Of a stretch of 38,763 bases of DNA, positions 1 to 8,955 are shown piece by piece (position 1 is the first letter of the stretch; each line of letters starts with the position of its first letter). Origin of the DNA: an uncultured Elusimicrobiaceae bacterium (GTDB taxonomy: Bacteria > RUG730); contig CAYQVV010000001.1 of assembly GCA_964421155.1 (NCBI GenBank), positions 9,965 to 48,727 on the forward strand. The letters are read 5' to 3'. The notes under the pieces were generated by a model that worked only from the letters and a program-made list of their open reading frames with translations, ran no database searches and was not told the DNA's origin. A program made the translations under genes and the position numbers.

Positions 1-156
1 GCTTTATCTATTAATTTTTATACTAATTTAAAATTAATTTATGGTGGAAGTTTTTCAGTAGGGATAATACAATGTTTTTTTTCTATGGTGTTATTTGTTT
101 TAGCAGTTTGTTTATCTATTCAAGGCACAAAAATAATGTTTAAGAAAAATAAATAA
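1..156 (+). CDS. 3' end of a gene whose start lies upstream of the window; C-terminal tail of an unidentified membrane protein
   Basis: Frame 1 is open from nt 1 to TAA at 154-156. My translation is ALSINFYTNLKLIYGGSFSVGIIQCFFSMVLFVLAVCLSIQGTKIMFKKNK*. It ends in a TM-like hydrophobic helix plus a basic tail and is convergent with murA. Too short for family assignment. Confidence 0.35.
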   Translation, partial: ALSINFYTNLKLIYGGSFSVGIIQCFFSMVLFVLAVCLSIQGTKIMFKKNK

Positions 157-164
157 TTATTTTT

Positions 165-1430
165 TTACTCTTTTATTCTTTTTATTTTTGCATTAAGTTT
201 TGTTAGCTTGTTTTCTATATTTTCATATCCTCTATCAAGATGATAGATTCTTGATATTTCAGTCTCCCCTTCTGCTATTAATGCTGCTAATACTAATGCT
301 GCAGAAGCTCTCAGATCAGTTGCCATTACAGGCGCTCCACTTAATTTGTTTTTTCCTTCTATAAAAACAGTGTTTCCTTTTATAGTTAATTTTGCCCCCA
401 TTCTTTGTAGTTCTGGGATGTGCATAAATCTATTTTCAAATACTGTTTCAGATACTAAACTCATTCCATTTGCTTGGCTCATAAATAATGTCCATTGAGC
501 TTGCATATCTGTCGGGAATCCAGGATATGGTAGAGTTTCAACATTTATTGGATTTATATTATCATTGCCAAAAACTTTTATAGAATTATTATTTATTTTT
601 TCTATTTTGATTCCAGCTAGAGACATTTTATTTATTAAAAATTCTATATGAGGGAGTTCTATATCATTTATTATCAAGCTATCTGAACAAATAGCTCCAG
701 CTATCATAAAAGTTCCAGCTTCTATTCTGTCAGGAATAATTTTGTATTCTATAGATTGGAGATCCTCTATGTTAACCCCTTCAATGATCAAAATACTAGT
801 TCCAATTCCAGAAATTTTTGCTCCCATTTTATTTAGAAAATTACATAAATCATCTATTTCAGGTTCTTTTGCTGTATTTTCTATTATAGTTTTTCCTTCT
901 GCTAGGACAGCTCCCATAACTAGATTTTCTGTTGCACCTACACTTGGATAATCAAGAATTATAGTTGTTCCCAATAATTTATTGTTTTTTTCTATATTTA
1001 CATATCCACCAGATAATTCTACATTCGCTCCAAATTTTTTAAATCCATCTAGATGAATATCTATAGGTCTACTTCCAATTGCACATCCTCCTGGGAGAGA
1101 TACTTTTACATGACCATATTTGGCTAATATTGGACCTATAACAAGAGCAGAGGCTCTCATTTGTTTAACTAAATCGTAAGGAGCTTCTGTTTTTATATTA
1201 TTTGTTTGTTTTATAATTAATTTATTATCTATTTGTTCAATTTTTTTCCCTAAGTATTCTAAAAGCATAATAGTTGTTTTAATATCTCTTAATTTAGGTA
1301 TATTATTTAAAATTATTTCTTTATCAGTTAAAAGTGTAGCAAATAATATTGGTAATGAAGAATTTTTAGATCCACTTATATTGACTTCTCCAGAAAGTTT
1401 TTGTTGACCTGTTATTATTAATTTATCCAA
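165..1430 (-). CDS. murA: UDP-N-acetylglucosamine 1-carboxyvinyltransferase (MurA)
   Basis: 421 aa. N-terminus MDKLIITGQQKLSGEVNISGSKNSSLPIL is typical of MurA. The active-site Cys loop LPGGCAIGSRPIDIHL is present. Full-length EPSP-synthase-fold pattern. Confidence 0.95.
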   Translation of the reverse strand: MDKLIITGQQKLSGEVNISGSKNSSLPILFATLLTDKEIILNNIPKLRDIKTTIMLLEYLGKKIEQIDNKLIIKQTNNIKTEAPYDLVKQMRASALVIGPILAKYGHVKVSLPGGCAIGSRPIDIHLDGFKKFGANVELSGGYVNIEKNNKLLGTTIILDYPSVGATENLVMGAVLAEGKTIIENTAKEPEIDDLCNFLNKMGAKISGIGTSILIIEGVNIEDLQSIEYKIIPDRIEAGTFMIAGAICSDSLIINDIELPHIEFLINKMSLAGIKIEKINNNSIKVFGNDNINPINVETLPYPGFPTDMQAQWTLFMSQANGMSLVSETVFENRFMHIPELQRMGAKLTIKGNTVFIEGKNKLSGAPVMATDLRASAALVLAALIAEGETEISRIYHLDRGYENIENKLTKLNAKIKRIKE

Positions 1431-1431
1431 C

Positions 1432-2340
1432 TTATTTTCTCCTTGCTATTATAATTCTATCTAGTTTATGGTAATCTTTTTTTATTTTTATTTCATAAAA
1501 ATTGTTTGTTTCTAAAAAATTAACTATATCTGTTTTTAATTCTGGATCTATTTCAAAAAATATAAAACCGTCTTTTTTTAAAAAAATAGGAGCTTTATTT
1601 ATTATTTTTTTATAAAAAATTAATCCGTCTTCCCCTCCATCTAGTGCCAATTTGGGTTCCATTTTAACTTCTTCTTCTAAACTATTTAATTCATTAGTTT
1701 TTATATAAGGAGGATTAGATGTAATTATATCAATAGAATTTTTGAGAGGCAAACTTTCTAATGGTTCAAAGAGATTTCCTTGAAGTAGCCGAACATTTTC
1801 TGTAACAAAGTTATTATAAATATTTTGTTGAGCAATTGTTAGAGCTTTATCTGATATATCAACACCATAAAAAAAGGTATTATTTTTATATTTTTTTAAA
1901 TTATTTGCAATGCTTATTGGAATATTCCCAGTTCCAGTACAAATATCAACAAAATTAACATTATTATTATTGTTCATAATATCTTTTTCAAAAAAATCTT
2001 TAAAAATTTTAACGGTTTCTTCTACTAAAATTTCTGTTTCATATCTAGGGATTAATACATTTTCATTAACTTTTATTTTGCATCCCATAAATTCTTTTTC
2101 ACCTAATATATATGCAAGTGGAATTCTAGATATCCTTTTTTTTATTAAATCTTTAAAAAATTCTATTTCTATAATTTTTAAAATTCTATCAAAATTTAAA
2201 TATAAATCTAATCTTTTTATATTTAAAGCATGAGATAAAAGTATTTCTGCATCAAATTTAGGTTCAGAAATATTTTTTTCTTTGAAGAAGTTTGTTGTCC
2301 AATTAAGTATTTCTAAAACAGTCCAATCCTTTTTATTCAA
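1432..2340 (-). CDS. prmC: Release-factor glutamine N5-methyltransferase (PrmC/HemK)
   Basis: 302 aa. SAM-binding VDICTGTGNI and catalytic NPPY (ITSNPPYI) motifs. N-terminal HemK helical domain. Tightly coupled (1 nt) upstream of murA on the minus strand. Confidence 0.9.
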   Translation of the reverse strand: MNKKDWTVLEILNWTTNFFKEKNISEPKFDAEILLSHALNIKRLDLYLNFDRILKIIEIEFFKDLIKKRISRIPLAYILGEKEFMGCKIKVNENVLIPRYETEILVEETVKIFKDFFEKDIMNNNNNVNFVDICTGTGNIPISIANNLKKYKNNTFFYGVDISDKALTIAQQNIYNNFVTENVRLLQGNLFEPLESLPLKNSIDIITSNPPYIKTNELNSLEEEVKMEPKLALDGGEDGLIFYKKIINKAPIFLKKDGFIFFEIDPELKTDIVNFLETNNFYEIKIKKDYHKLDRIIIARRK

Positions 2341-2537
2341 AATATTCCTCTCTATAAAAATAAAAATATGTATAATAAAAAAGATTTTAAATTAAATAAA
2401 ATATTTGTCAAATTAAAATTAAAAATATTTTCAAAAATTTCTTGCTTTTTTATAAAATATGTTCTATTCTTATAACCAATATTAGGTGTTAAATAAAAAT
2501 AAAAAACTAATTAAAAAGAAAAAGAAGGGGATTTTTT

Positions 2538-2747
2538 ATGAAAAACATTACTAAAATTTCATTGTTATTGGTTTTCGCATTATCATTAGTTATTATTGGT
2601 TGTAAAAAGGCTCAAGAACCAGTTGCTCCTGTAGAAGAAGCAGTTGTTCAAGAAGATACTTTAGCTATGCCAGAAGTTACAGATGAAGCTACAAGTACAG
2701 ATACTTTAACAACAGATGAAACAGCAGTAGAAGAAGCAGCTATATAA
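2538..2747 (+). CDS. Small acidic lipoprotein (signal peptide with lipobox LVIIGC, then a Glu/Thr/Ala/Val-rich low-complexity tail)
   Basis: MKNITKISLLLVFALSLVIIGC|KK has the form of a signal peptidase II lipobox. Strong SD (agaagggga) lies 7-8 nt upstream of the ATG. Followed by a clean stem-loop terminator. Noticeably GC-richer codons than its neighbours. Confidence 0.6.
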   Translation: MKNITKISLLLVFALSLVIIGCKKAQEPVAPVEEAVVQEDTLAMPEVTDEATSTDTLTTDETAVEEAAI

Positions 2748-2772
2748 TTAATATAGTCAATTTTTATGAAAG

Positions 2773-2809
2773 AGAGACATTAGGATAATACTTAATGTCT
2801 CTTTTTTTA
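2773..2809 (+). terminator. Rho-independent terminator after the small lipoprotein gene
   Basis: Perfect 10-bp stem agagacatta (2773-2782) / taatgtctct (2793-2802), 10-nt loop, then a T7 run (2802-2808). Confidence 0.6.
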
Positions 2810-2851
2810 TTTATAGAAAAGATAAATATTTAAAGATTATGAGGTATTTTG

Positions 2852-4123
2852 ATGAAAAACACTATTGCTATGCTTTTAGCAGGAGGGCAAGGAAGTAGAT
2901 TAAATATTCTTGCCACATATAGAGCTAAACCAGCAGTTCCTTTTGCGGGTATTTATAGAATAATAGATATAACTTTGAGCAATATTATGAATTCTTATAT
3001 AGATAATGTAGGGATATTGACTCAATATAGATCTTCTTCTTTAATTGATCATATACAAGATGGTGAAAGTTGGGGTCTTTGTGGTAGGAATCGTAGTGCA
3101 GTAATATTGCCTCCTTATACTGGAAATTATGCATCATCATGGTATGAAGGCACAGCAGATGCTATTTATCAAAATATTAGCCATATAAATAAATTTGAAC
3201 AAATAGATAAAGTTTTGATTTTATCTGGGGATCATATTTATAATATGGATTATTCAGAATTAATAAAATTTCATAAAGAAAAAGGATCTGTAGTAACTAT
3301 TGTTTCTATGGAAGTTCCTATAAAAGATGCTTCTAGATTTGGGACTATTATTGTAGATAAAAATGATAGAGTTATAGATTTTGAAGAAAAACCGAAAAAC
3401 CCAAAAAGCAATTTAGTTTCTTTAGGTATATATCTTTTTGATAAAGATGTTTTAATAGAAGAATTAAAAAAAGATGCGTTAAATGAAAATTCAACACATG
3501 ATTTTGGTAGAGATATTTTACCAAGCATATTAGACAAAGAAATATATATATATAGATTTAATGGTTATTGGAGAGATGTTGGAACTATCGATTCATATTG
3601 GGAAACTAGTATGGATTTGATTTCTGATGATAGTAACTTGGATTTTGATAATTGGAAAGTGACGACTAACTTTAATAGAATGATAACTGCAGATAGAAAT
3701 TCTTTATATGTAGGAAAAGATTCTAATATAAAAAAGTCTCTTATTTCTGAAGGATGTATTATTAATGGTGTCGTAGAAAATAGTATTTTATCTCCAGGGG
3801 TTGTTGTAGAAAAAGGTGCTGTTATAAAAGATAGTATAGTTTTTCATAGCTCTATTATAAAAGAAGGATCTAAATTAGATAGATGTATTGTAGATAAAGA
3901 AGTATTGATAGGAAAAAATTCTACAATAGGATTTGGAGATTTGCCGGGATCTAAAAACGAAGTTTATCCTACACATTTATTTAGTGGGTTAACTGTTATT
4001 GGAAAAAAGGCTATTTTACCTGAAGGAATAAAGATAGGCAGAAATTGTATAGTTCAACCAGGAATATTAGAAGAAAATTTTAAAAGTAAATTTTATAAAG
4101 ATGGAACTTTTATATCAATATAA
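2852..4123 (+). CDS. glgC: Glucose-1-phosphate adenylyltransferase (ADP-glucose pyrophosphorylase)
   Basis: N-terminal nucleotidyltransferase loop MLLAGGQGSRL...AKPAVPFAG.YRIIDITLSN, FEEKPK motif, C-terminal left-handed beta-helix repeats. I place the start at ATG 2852 (SD gagg 2841-2844) rather than the TTG at 2849 in the ORF track. Confidence 0.9.
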   Translation: MKNTIAMLLAGGQGSRLNILATYRAKPAVPFAGIYRIIDITLSNIMNSYIDNVGILTQYRSSSLIDHIQDGESWGLCGRNRSAVILPPYTGNYASSWYEGTADAIYQNISHINKFEQIDKVLILSGDHIYNMDYSELIKFHKEKGSVVTIVSMEVPIKDASRFGTIIVDKNDRVIDFEEKPKNPKSNLVSLGIYLFDKDVLIEELKKDALNENSTHDFGRDILPSILDKEIYIYRFNGYWRDVGTIDSYWETSMDLISDDSNLDFDNWKVTTNFNRMITADRNSLYVGKDSNIKKSLISEGCIINGVVENSILSPGVVVEKGAVIKDSIVFHSSIIKEGSKLDRCIVDKEVLIGKNSTIGFGDLPGSKNEVYPTHLFSGLTVIGKKAILPEGIKIGRNCIVQPGILEENFKSKFYKDGTFISI

Positions 4124-4143
4124 GTTATATAAATCGGGATAAA

Positions 4144-5187
4144 ATGTTCAAAATTTTAATAATAAAAAGCAATAAAGCTAATTTGCCAGAAATAGAAATT
4201 TATAAAAAATATTTTTGGAATTTTGCAAAAATAAATATTTTGGATATTTCTTCAAAAGACTCTACGAAAAATATAAATATTTTAGATTATGATATAATTT
4301 GGCACTTTATGGGGACAGATTTTTTTTATGATAATATTGCTAAGCAAATATTGTCTCTTAGAAAAATAAAAAAAAATGAAGATAAAAATTTAAAAATACC
4401 ATTTTTAATACATGAATATCCTTCTCTATCTACAGGGAAGTTTGCAAAATTTAAAAATTTTATCAAAAAAAAATTTAATATAAAGCCAAATTTAAGAATA
4501 TTTTTGAACGAAAAAATAAATAAAGAGTTTAATTTTCAGGATAATGTTAATTTTATTTATAGAGATATGGGAATTTTGAACTCTTTTTTTCAATATAATA
4601 ATATTAAATTAAAAAAAGACTATGATTTTGTTTATGTTGGAGACATAAGTTATGAAAGAGAAATAGATAAGCTATTGATCCTTTTTACTAAAGAAAAATT
4701 TAAAAAATATAAAATTTTGTTGATTGGTAAGTATGATAATGAAATTTTTAAAAAGTTTTGTAAATATGAAAATATTGAATTTAAAGGTTTTTTGAATTAT
4801 AATACAATTCCAATTTTTGCTTCTAGAGCTGTTTATGGAATTAACTGGATTCCTAATAAATATCCTTACAATTTACAAACATCAACAAAGTTATTAGAAT
4901 ATTGTTCATTAGATTTGAAAATAATAAATTTATTTAATGATTGGAGTGAAGCTTTTGCTAAAGATCATGATTTAAAATTTTATAATATTGTAAATATTAA
5001 AGATTTTGATATTTTTAAAATAGAAAATTTTTGTTATGTTTCAAGTTTTGATAAAATAATAGATTATGAATGGATAAACTATTTAAATAAAATAAAATTA
5101 AAAGAAAATTTGACAGTGTTTTTAAAAGATTTTGGTTTTAATATTGAGGACAAAAATAAAGATTGTGCTCACTGTAAATTTGAATAA
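4144..5187 (+). CDS. Hypothetical protein; the C-terminal half resembles a GT-B (GT4-like) glycosyltransferase domain
   Basis: 347 aa. FVYVGDISYEREIDKLL...YKILLIGKYDNE...IEFKGFLNYNTIPIFASRAVYGINWIP...STKLLEYCSLDLKII follows the remembered GT1/GT4 C-domain pattern (xxFVGrlxxeKgxxxLl ... vkfxGfvxxxxlxxxxxxadvxxxPs ... KllEyxaxGxPvi). The N-terminal half is unassignable. 20 nt downstream of glgC. Confidence 0.45.
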   Translation: MFKILIIKSNKANLPEIEIYKKYFWNFAKINILDISSKDSTKNINILDYDIIWHFMGTDFFYDNIAKQILSLRKIKKNEDKNLKIPFLIHEYPSLSTGKFAKFKNFIKKKFNIKPNLRIFLNEKINKEFNFQDNVNFIYRDMGILNSFFQYNNIKLKKDYDFVYVGDISYEREIDKLLILFTKEKFKKYKILLIGKYDNEIFKKFCKYENIEFKGFLNYNTIPIFASRAVYGINWIPNKYPYNLQTSTKLLEYCSLDLKIINLFNDWSEAFAKDHDLKFYNIVNIKDFDIFKIENFCYVSSFDKIIDYEWINYLNKIKLKENLTVFLKDFGFNIEDKNKDCAHCKFE

Positions 5188-5229
5188 TATTAAGATAATT
5201 AGAATCAACTTTAAAAGGAGATTTGAGTT

Positions 5230-6219
5230 ATGTATCAAGATATAAAAATAATAAATGAAAAAGTTAAAGCAGAGGGAGATTTTGTTCGAAGAGTATTTGC
5301 AGAATTTAATAAAGTTATAATTGGGCAGAGATATTTATTAGAAAGACTGCTAATAGGCATTTTGGCTGATGGACATATTTTAATAGAAGGAGTTCCTGGT
5401 CTTGCAAAAACACTGGCGGTAAAAACTCTATCAGAAATAATAAAATCAGACTTTAAAAGAATACAATTTACTCCTGATTTATTACCTGCAGATTTGATAG
5501 GAACAATGATTTATAATATTCAAAAATCTGAATTTCAAGTTAAAAAAGGTCCTATATTTTCAAATATAATTTTAGCAGATGAGATAAATAGATCTCCTGC
5601 GAAAGTTCAGAGTGCTCTTTTAGAAGCTATGCAAGAAAAACAAGTTACTATTGGAGATGATACATTTTTTCTTGGATATCCATTTTTGGTTCTTGCTACA
5701 CAAAATCCAGTTGAACAAGAAGGAACATATCCATTGCCTGAAGCACAAGTAGATAGATTTATGCTAAAACTTAAAATTACATATCCTACAGAACAAGAAG
5801 AACTTGAAATTTTGAGAAGTAAAACAAAGGGTGAAATAGAAAAAGCTAATGAAATTTTAGATCCAAATGAAATAAAAAGATTAAGAAGTATAGTAGATGA
5901 AATTTATGTTGATGAAAAGATTGAACAGTATGTTTTAAATATAATTTTTGCTACAAGAAAACCAGAGAAATATAATTTAGAGAATTTAAAGAGCATGATT
6001 AGCTATGGAGCATCTCCTAGAGCTACAATTAGTTTAATAAAGGCAGCAAAAGCCTTTGCTTTTATTTGTGGTAGAGGTTTTGTTACTCCAGAAGATATAA
6101 AAGCTATTGGTTTGGATGTTTTGAGGCATAGAGTTATAGTTAGTTATGAGGCTGAGGCAGAAGGGTTAACATCAGAAGATATTATAAAAAATATATTTAA
6201 TGAAATAGAAATTCCTTAA
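5230..6219 (+). CDS. MoxR-family AAA+ ATPase
   Basis: 329 aa. Walker A GVPGLAKT, Walker B ILADEINR, LATQNP sensor segment, C-terminal lid (GASPRATISL). Typical MoxR length. Confidence 0.9.
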   Translation: MYQDIKIINEKVKAEGDFVRRVFAEFNKVIIGQRYLLERLLIGILADGHILIEGVPGLAKTLAVKTLSEIIKSDFKRIQFTPDLLPADLIGTMIYNIQKSEFQVKKGPIFSNIILADEINRSPAKVQSALLEAMQEKQVTIGDDTFFLGYPFLVLATQNPVEQEGTYPLPEAQVDRFMLKLKITYPTEQEELEILRSKTKGEIEKANEILDPNEIKRLRSIVDEIYVDEKIEQYVLNIIFATRKPEKYNLENLKSMISYGASPRATISLIKAAKAFAFICGRGFVTPEDIKAIGLDVLRHRVIVSYEAEAEGLTSEDIIKNIFNEIEIP

Positions 6220-6250
6220 AAATTATTTTTTTAATAAATATATAAATATG

Positions 6251-6297
6251 AATCCGTTTATGTTAAATGTTTATTTTAATGTAAACGGATTTTTTTA
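6251..6297 (+). terminator. Rho-independent terminator after the MoxR gene
   Basis: Stem aatccgttta (6251-6260) / taaacggatt (6282-6291) followed by a T-run to about 6297. Confidence 0.6.
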
Positions 6298-6355
6298 TTA
6301 ATGATTTTATTTTTTTGTTGTATAATATAAAATATATTAAAAAAAAAGGGAAAAT

Positions 6356-7810
6356 ATGCAGATAGGAAATAATATACAATATGATTTTATAATTTTAGGT
6401 AGTGGTCCTGCAGGTCATGATATTGCATTAAAATTATCAAATTTAGATAGTTCTTTAAAAATTTGTTTGATAGATGAGAATGAATTAGGAGGAGTTTGTT
6501 TAAATAGAGGCTGTATTCCTACAAAAACTATGATTTCTGCTAGTAATAAATTTAAAGAATTAAAAATTTTAAAAAGATATGGAATAGAAATTTTAGAAAA
6601 AGCTAATTTTAATTTTGAAAAATTCAAAAATTATAAAAATACTGTCATTTTGAAATTAAAAAAAGGATTGGAAAATTCGTTAATTGGAAAAAATATAGAC
6701 TTTGTAAAAGGGAAAGCAAAAATAGAAAGCAATGAAAAAATTTCTGTTATATTAGAAAATGAGAAAAAAGTTGAATTTTGTTTTGCAAATTTGATTTTGG
6801 CTACAGGAAGTTCTCCTATTTCTTTTTTTAATTTAAAAGATAAAAATTTAAAAAATGTTATAAATAGTGAAGATTTTTGGCAGTTATCGGATTTAGATAT
6901 TAATAAAAAAATTGCTATCATTGGTGGTGGCGTTATAGGTTGTGAATACTCTTCTAGTTTGGCAGATTTTGGATATGATATATCTATATTTGAAAAAGGA
7001 GATAGGATATTAGTAAATGAAGATATAGAAATTTCTAATGAGCTTTCTAATGAATTGAAAAGTAAAGGTGTAAAGCTAAATTTAAATGCAAAAATAAAAG
7101 AAATTTTGAATTGTGAAATAGAAAATCAATTAAAGACTAAAATAGTTTTTGATGATAAAGAGAGTTTTTTTGATTTTGTTATAATTTGTAGTGGAAGAAT
7201 TAGAAATTTGTTTGGTATAGGATTAGAAAATCTTGGAATAAATCCTGAAGATTTGAATACTAATTTATTAAATAATAGTCTAAGAGAAAAATTTAAAATA
7301 TTAGATAATGTTTTTTTAATAGGAGATTTAGCAAGTGGCCCACAATTAGCTCATAAAGCATATTTTGATTCTGAAATATTATTAAAATATTTCATTGAAA
7401 AGAAAAAAGGAAATAATAATTTAGACAATTTTTTTGAAGAAAAATGTAAATATGAAAATTTGCCTATGGTAATTTTTACTAATCCAGAAATTTCAAGAGT
7501 TGGATTGACTTTATATCAGTCTAAATTGAAATTTTCATCTGAAAATATAAATCAAGTTAGGGTAAATTTTGCAGAAATAGGAAAAGCTGTTGCAGAGAAT
7601 ACAATAAAAGGTTTTTTAGTTATAAACTATAGAGAAAATGGCGATATTTTAGGTATAAGTATAATTGGGCATAATGCTTGTGAATTTTCTGCTATTTCTA
7701 GTTTAATTATATCGAATAAAATGAAAATTAGTGATTTACAAAAAATTAAATTTGCACACCCAACAATTTCTGAAATATTTCATATTGCTGCAGATAAAAT
7801 ATTAAAATAA
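6356..7810 (+). CDS. lpdA: Dihydrolipoyl dehydrogenase-type pyridine nucleotide-disulfide oxidoreductase
   Basis: 484 aa. FAD-binding ILGSGPAGH, redox-active disulfide GGVCLNRGCIPTK, second Rossmann IIGGGVIGCE, C-terminal dimerisation domain with AHPTISE. No E1/E2 or gcv genes adjacent. Confidence 0.8.
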   Translation: MQIGNNIQYDFIILGSGPAGHDIALKLSNLDSSLKICLIDENELGGVCLNRGCIPTKTMISASNKFKELKILKRYGIEILEKANFNFEKFKNYKNTVILKLKKGLENSLIGKNIDFVKGKAKIESNEKISVILENEKKVEFCFANLILATGSSPISFFNLKDKNLKNVINSEDFWQLSDLDINKKIAIIGGGVIGCEYSSSLADFGYDISIFEKGDRILVNEDIEISNELSNELKSKGVKLNLNAKIKEILNCEIENQLKTKIVFDDKESFFDFVIICSGRIRNLFGIGLENLGINPEDLNTNLLNNSLREKFKILDNVFLIGDLASGPQLAHKAYFDSEILLKYFIEKKKGNNNLDNFFEEKCKYENLPMVIFTNPEISRVGLTLYQSKLKFSSENINQVRVNFAEIGKAVAENTIKGFLVINYRENGDILGISIIGHNACEFSAISSLIISNKMKISDLQKIKFAHPTISEIFHIAADKILK

Positions 7811-7844
7811 ATGAAATTGTGTGTGGAATGTTAGGAGATTTTTT

Positions 7845-8495
7845 ATGAATAAAAAAGCAGTTGTTTTATTGTCTGGAGGATTAGATTCCACTACCACTTT
7901 ATTTTGGGCAAAAAATGAGGGCTATAAATGTTTTGCAATAATTTTTGATTATGGACAAAGGCATAATAAAGAAGTCGTTGTTGCTAAAAATATTGCAGAA
8001 AATTTTGGTATTGATTATCATATATCAAAAATTAATTTTCCATGGGGTGGAAGCTCTTTGATAGGTCAAGATGGTATTTTGCCAAAAAATAGAGAAATTT
8101 TTTCAGATATTCCTTCAACATATGTTCCAGCAAGAAATATGATTTTTATAAGTATTGCTACAGCTTATGCAGAAGTTATAAAAGCAGACACAATATTTAT
8201 TGGTGCAAATAGTGTGGATTATAGTGGATATCCAGATTGTAGACCAGAATTTTTAGATGCTATGCAAAAAGCTATTAATCTTGGGACTAAATGTGGAAGT
8301 GAAAATAATAACTTGAAAATAGTTGCTCCACTTTTGAATTTGTCTAAAAAAGAAATAGTTTTATTAGGCAAGAAATTGAATGTCCCTTTTGAAAAAACTT
8401 GGTCTTGTTATGAGGGTGGGGAAAAAGAATGTGGAATATGTGATAGCTGTATATTGAGAAGAAAAGGGTTTGAAGAGGCAGATAAGGAATTTTAA
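7845..8495 (+). CDS. queC: 7-cyano-7-deazaguanine synthase (QueC)
   Basis: PP-loop VVLLSGGLDSTT and C-terminal Zn-Cys cluster CYEGGEKECGICDSCILRRKGF. Start moved to ATG 7845 (SD aggag 7833-7837), in frame with the track's GTG at 7821. Confidence 0.9.
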   Translation: MNKKAVVLLSGGLDSTTTLFWAKNEGYKCFAIIFDYGQRHNKEVVVAKNIAENFGIDYHISKINFPWGGSSLIGQDGILPKNREIFSDIPSTYVPARNMIFISIATAYAEVIKADTIFIGANSVDYSGYPDCRPEFLDAMQKAINLGTKCGSENNNLKIVAPLLNLSKKEIVLLGKKLNVPFEKTWSCYEGGEKECGICDSCILRRKGFEEADKEF

Positions 8496-8508
8496 AAAAA
8501 ATTAAAAT

Positions 8509-8537
8509 TTGTCTTATCCAAAAAAATTTAGTAAAAT
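8509..8537 (+). promoter_or_regulatory. Candidate sigma-70-type promoter for dksA
   Basis: ttgtct (8509-8514), 17-nt spacer, taaaat (8532-8537), about 44 nt upstream of the ATG. Such matches arise easily by chance in AT-rich DNA. Confidence 0.3.
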
Positions 8538-8580
8538 GAAAAAATTTAATATGTCATATTTTATCTTTTATGGGGGATAG

Positions 8581-8919
8581 ATGGATACAAAATTACTTCA
8601 AGAAATCAAAGAACAACTTTTAGCTAAAAGAGAAAATTTATTAAAATCTTCCAAGAGGACTGCAGATATAACCGAAAAAGAAGTAGGGGATAGCATAGAC
8701 AATGCTTTTGATTCTGCTGAGAGAGAAGCTATTTTTGAAGCAACAAATAATGATAGGAATATGATAACAGAGATAGATAATGCTTTACAGAAAATAGAAA
8801 ATGGTAAGTTTGGTATTTGTGAAGAATGTGGAGCAATCATTTCTGATGCTAGATTAAAAGTTTTACCTACTTCTAGATTATGTATAAATTGTCAAGGCAA
8901 AACAGAAATAAAAAAATAA
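8581..8919 (+). CDS. dksA: DksA/TraR-family C4 zinc-finger transcription factor
   Basis: 112 aa. N-terminal coiled coil with acidic tip segment (DNAFDSAEREA) and C-terminal CEECGAIISDARLKVLPTSRLCINC four-Cys finger. Confidence 0.78.
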   Translation: MDTKLLQEIKEQLLAKRENLLKSSKRTADITEKEVGDSIDNAFDSAEREAIFEATNNDRNMITEIDNALQKIENGKFGICEECGAIISDARLKVLPTSRLCINCQGKTEIKK

Positions 8920-8955
8920 AAGCTATTTTTAAATATAAAAAAGAAGGTGTGAAAA

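Noticed and set aside
4368-4473. Two A9 homopolymer tracts (4368-4376, 4465-4473) inside the GT-like gene, considered as phase-variation switches
   Set aside because: Runs of AAA Lys codons are frequent throughout this AT-rich window, and there is no length-variation evidence. Only population sequencing could revive the idea.
7811-7844. Looked for a preQ1 riboswitch upstream of queC, and likewise upstream of queE at 31503-31512
   Set aside because: The spacers are only 34 nt and 10 nt and contain just an SD. There is no room for an aptamer, and both genes appear co-transcribed with the preceding gene.
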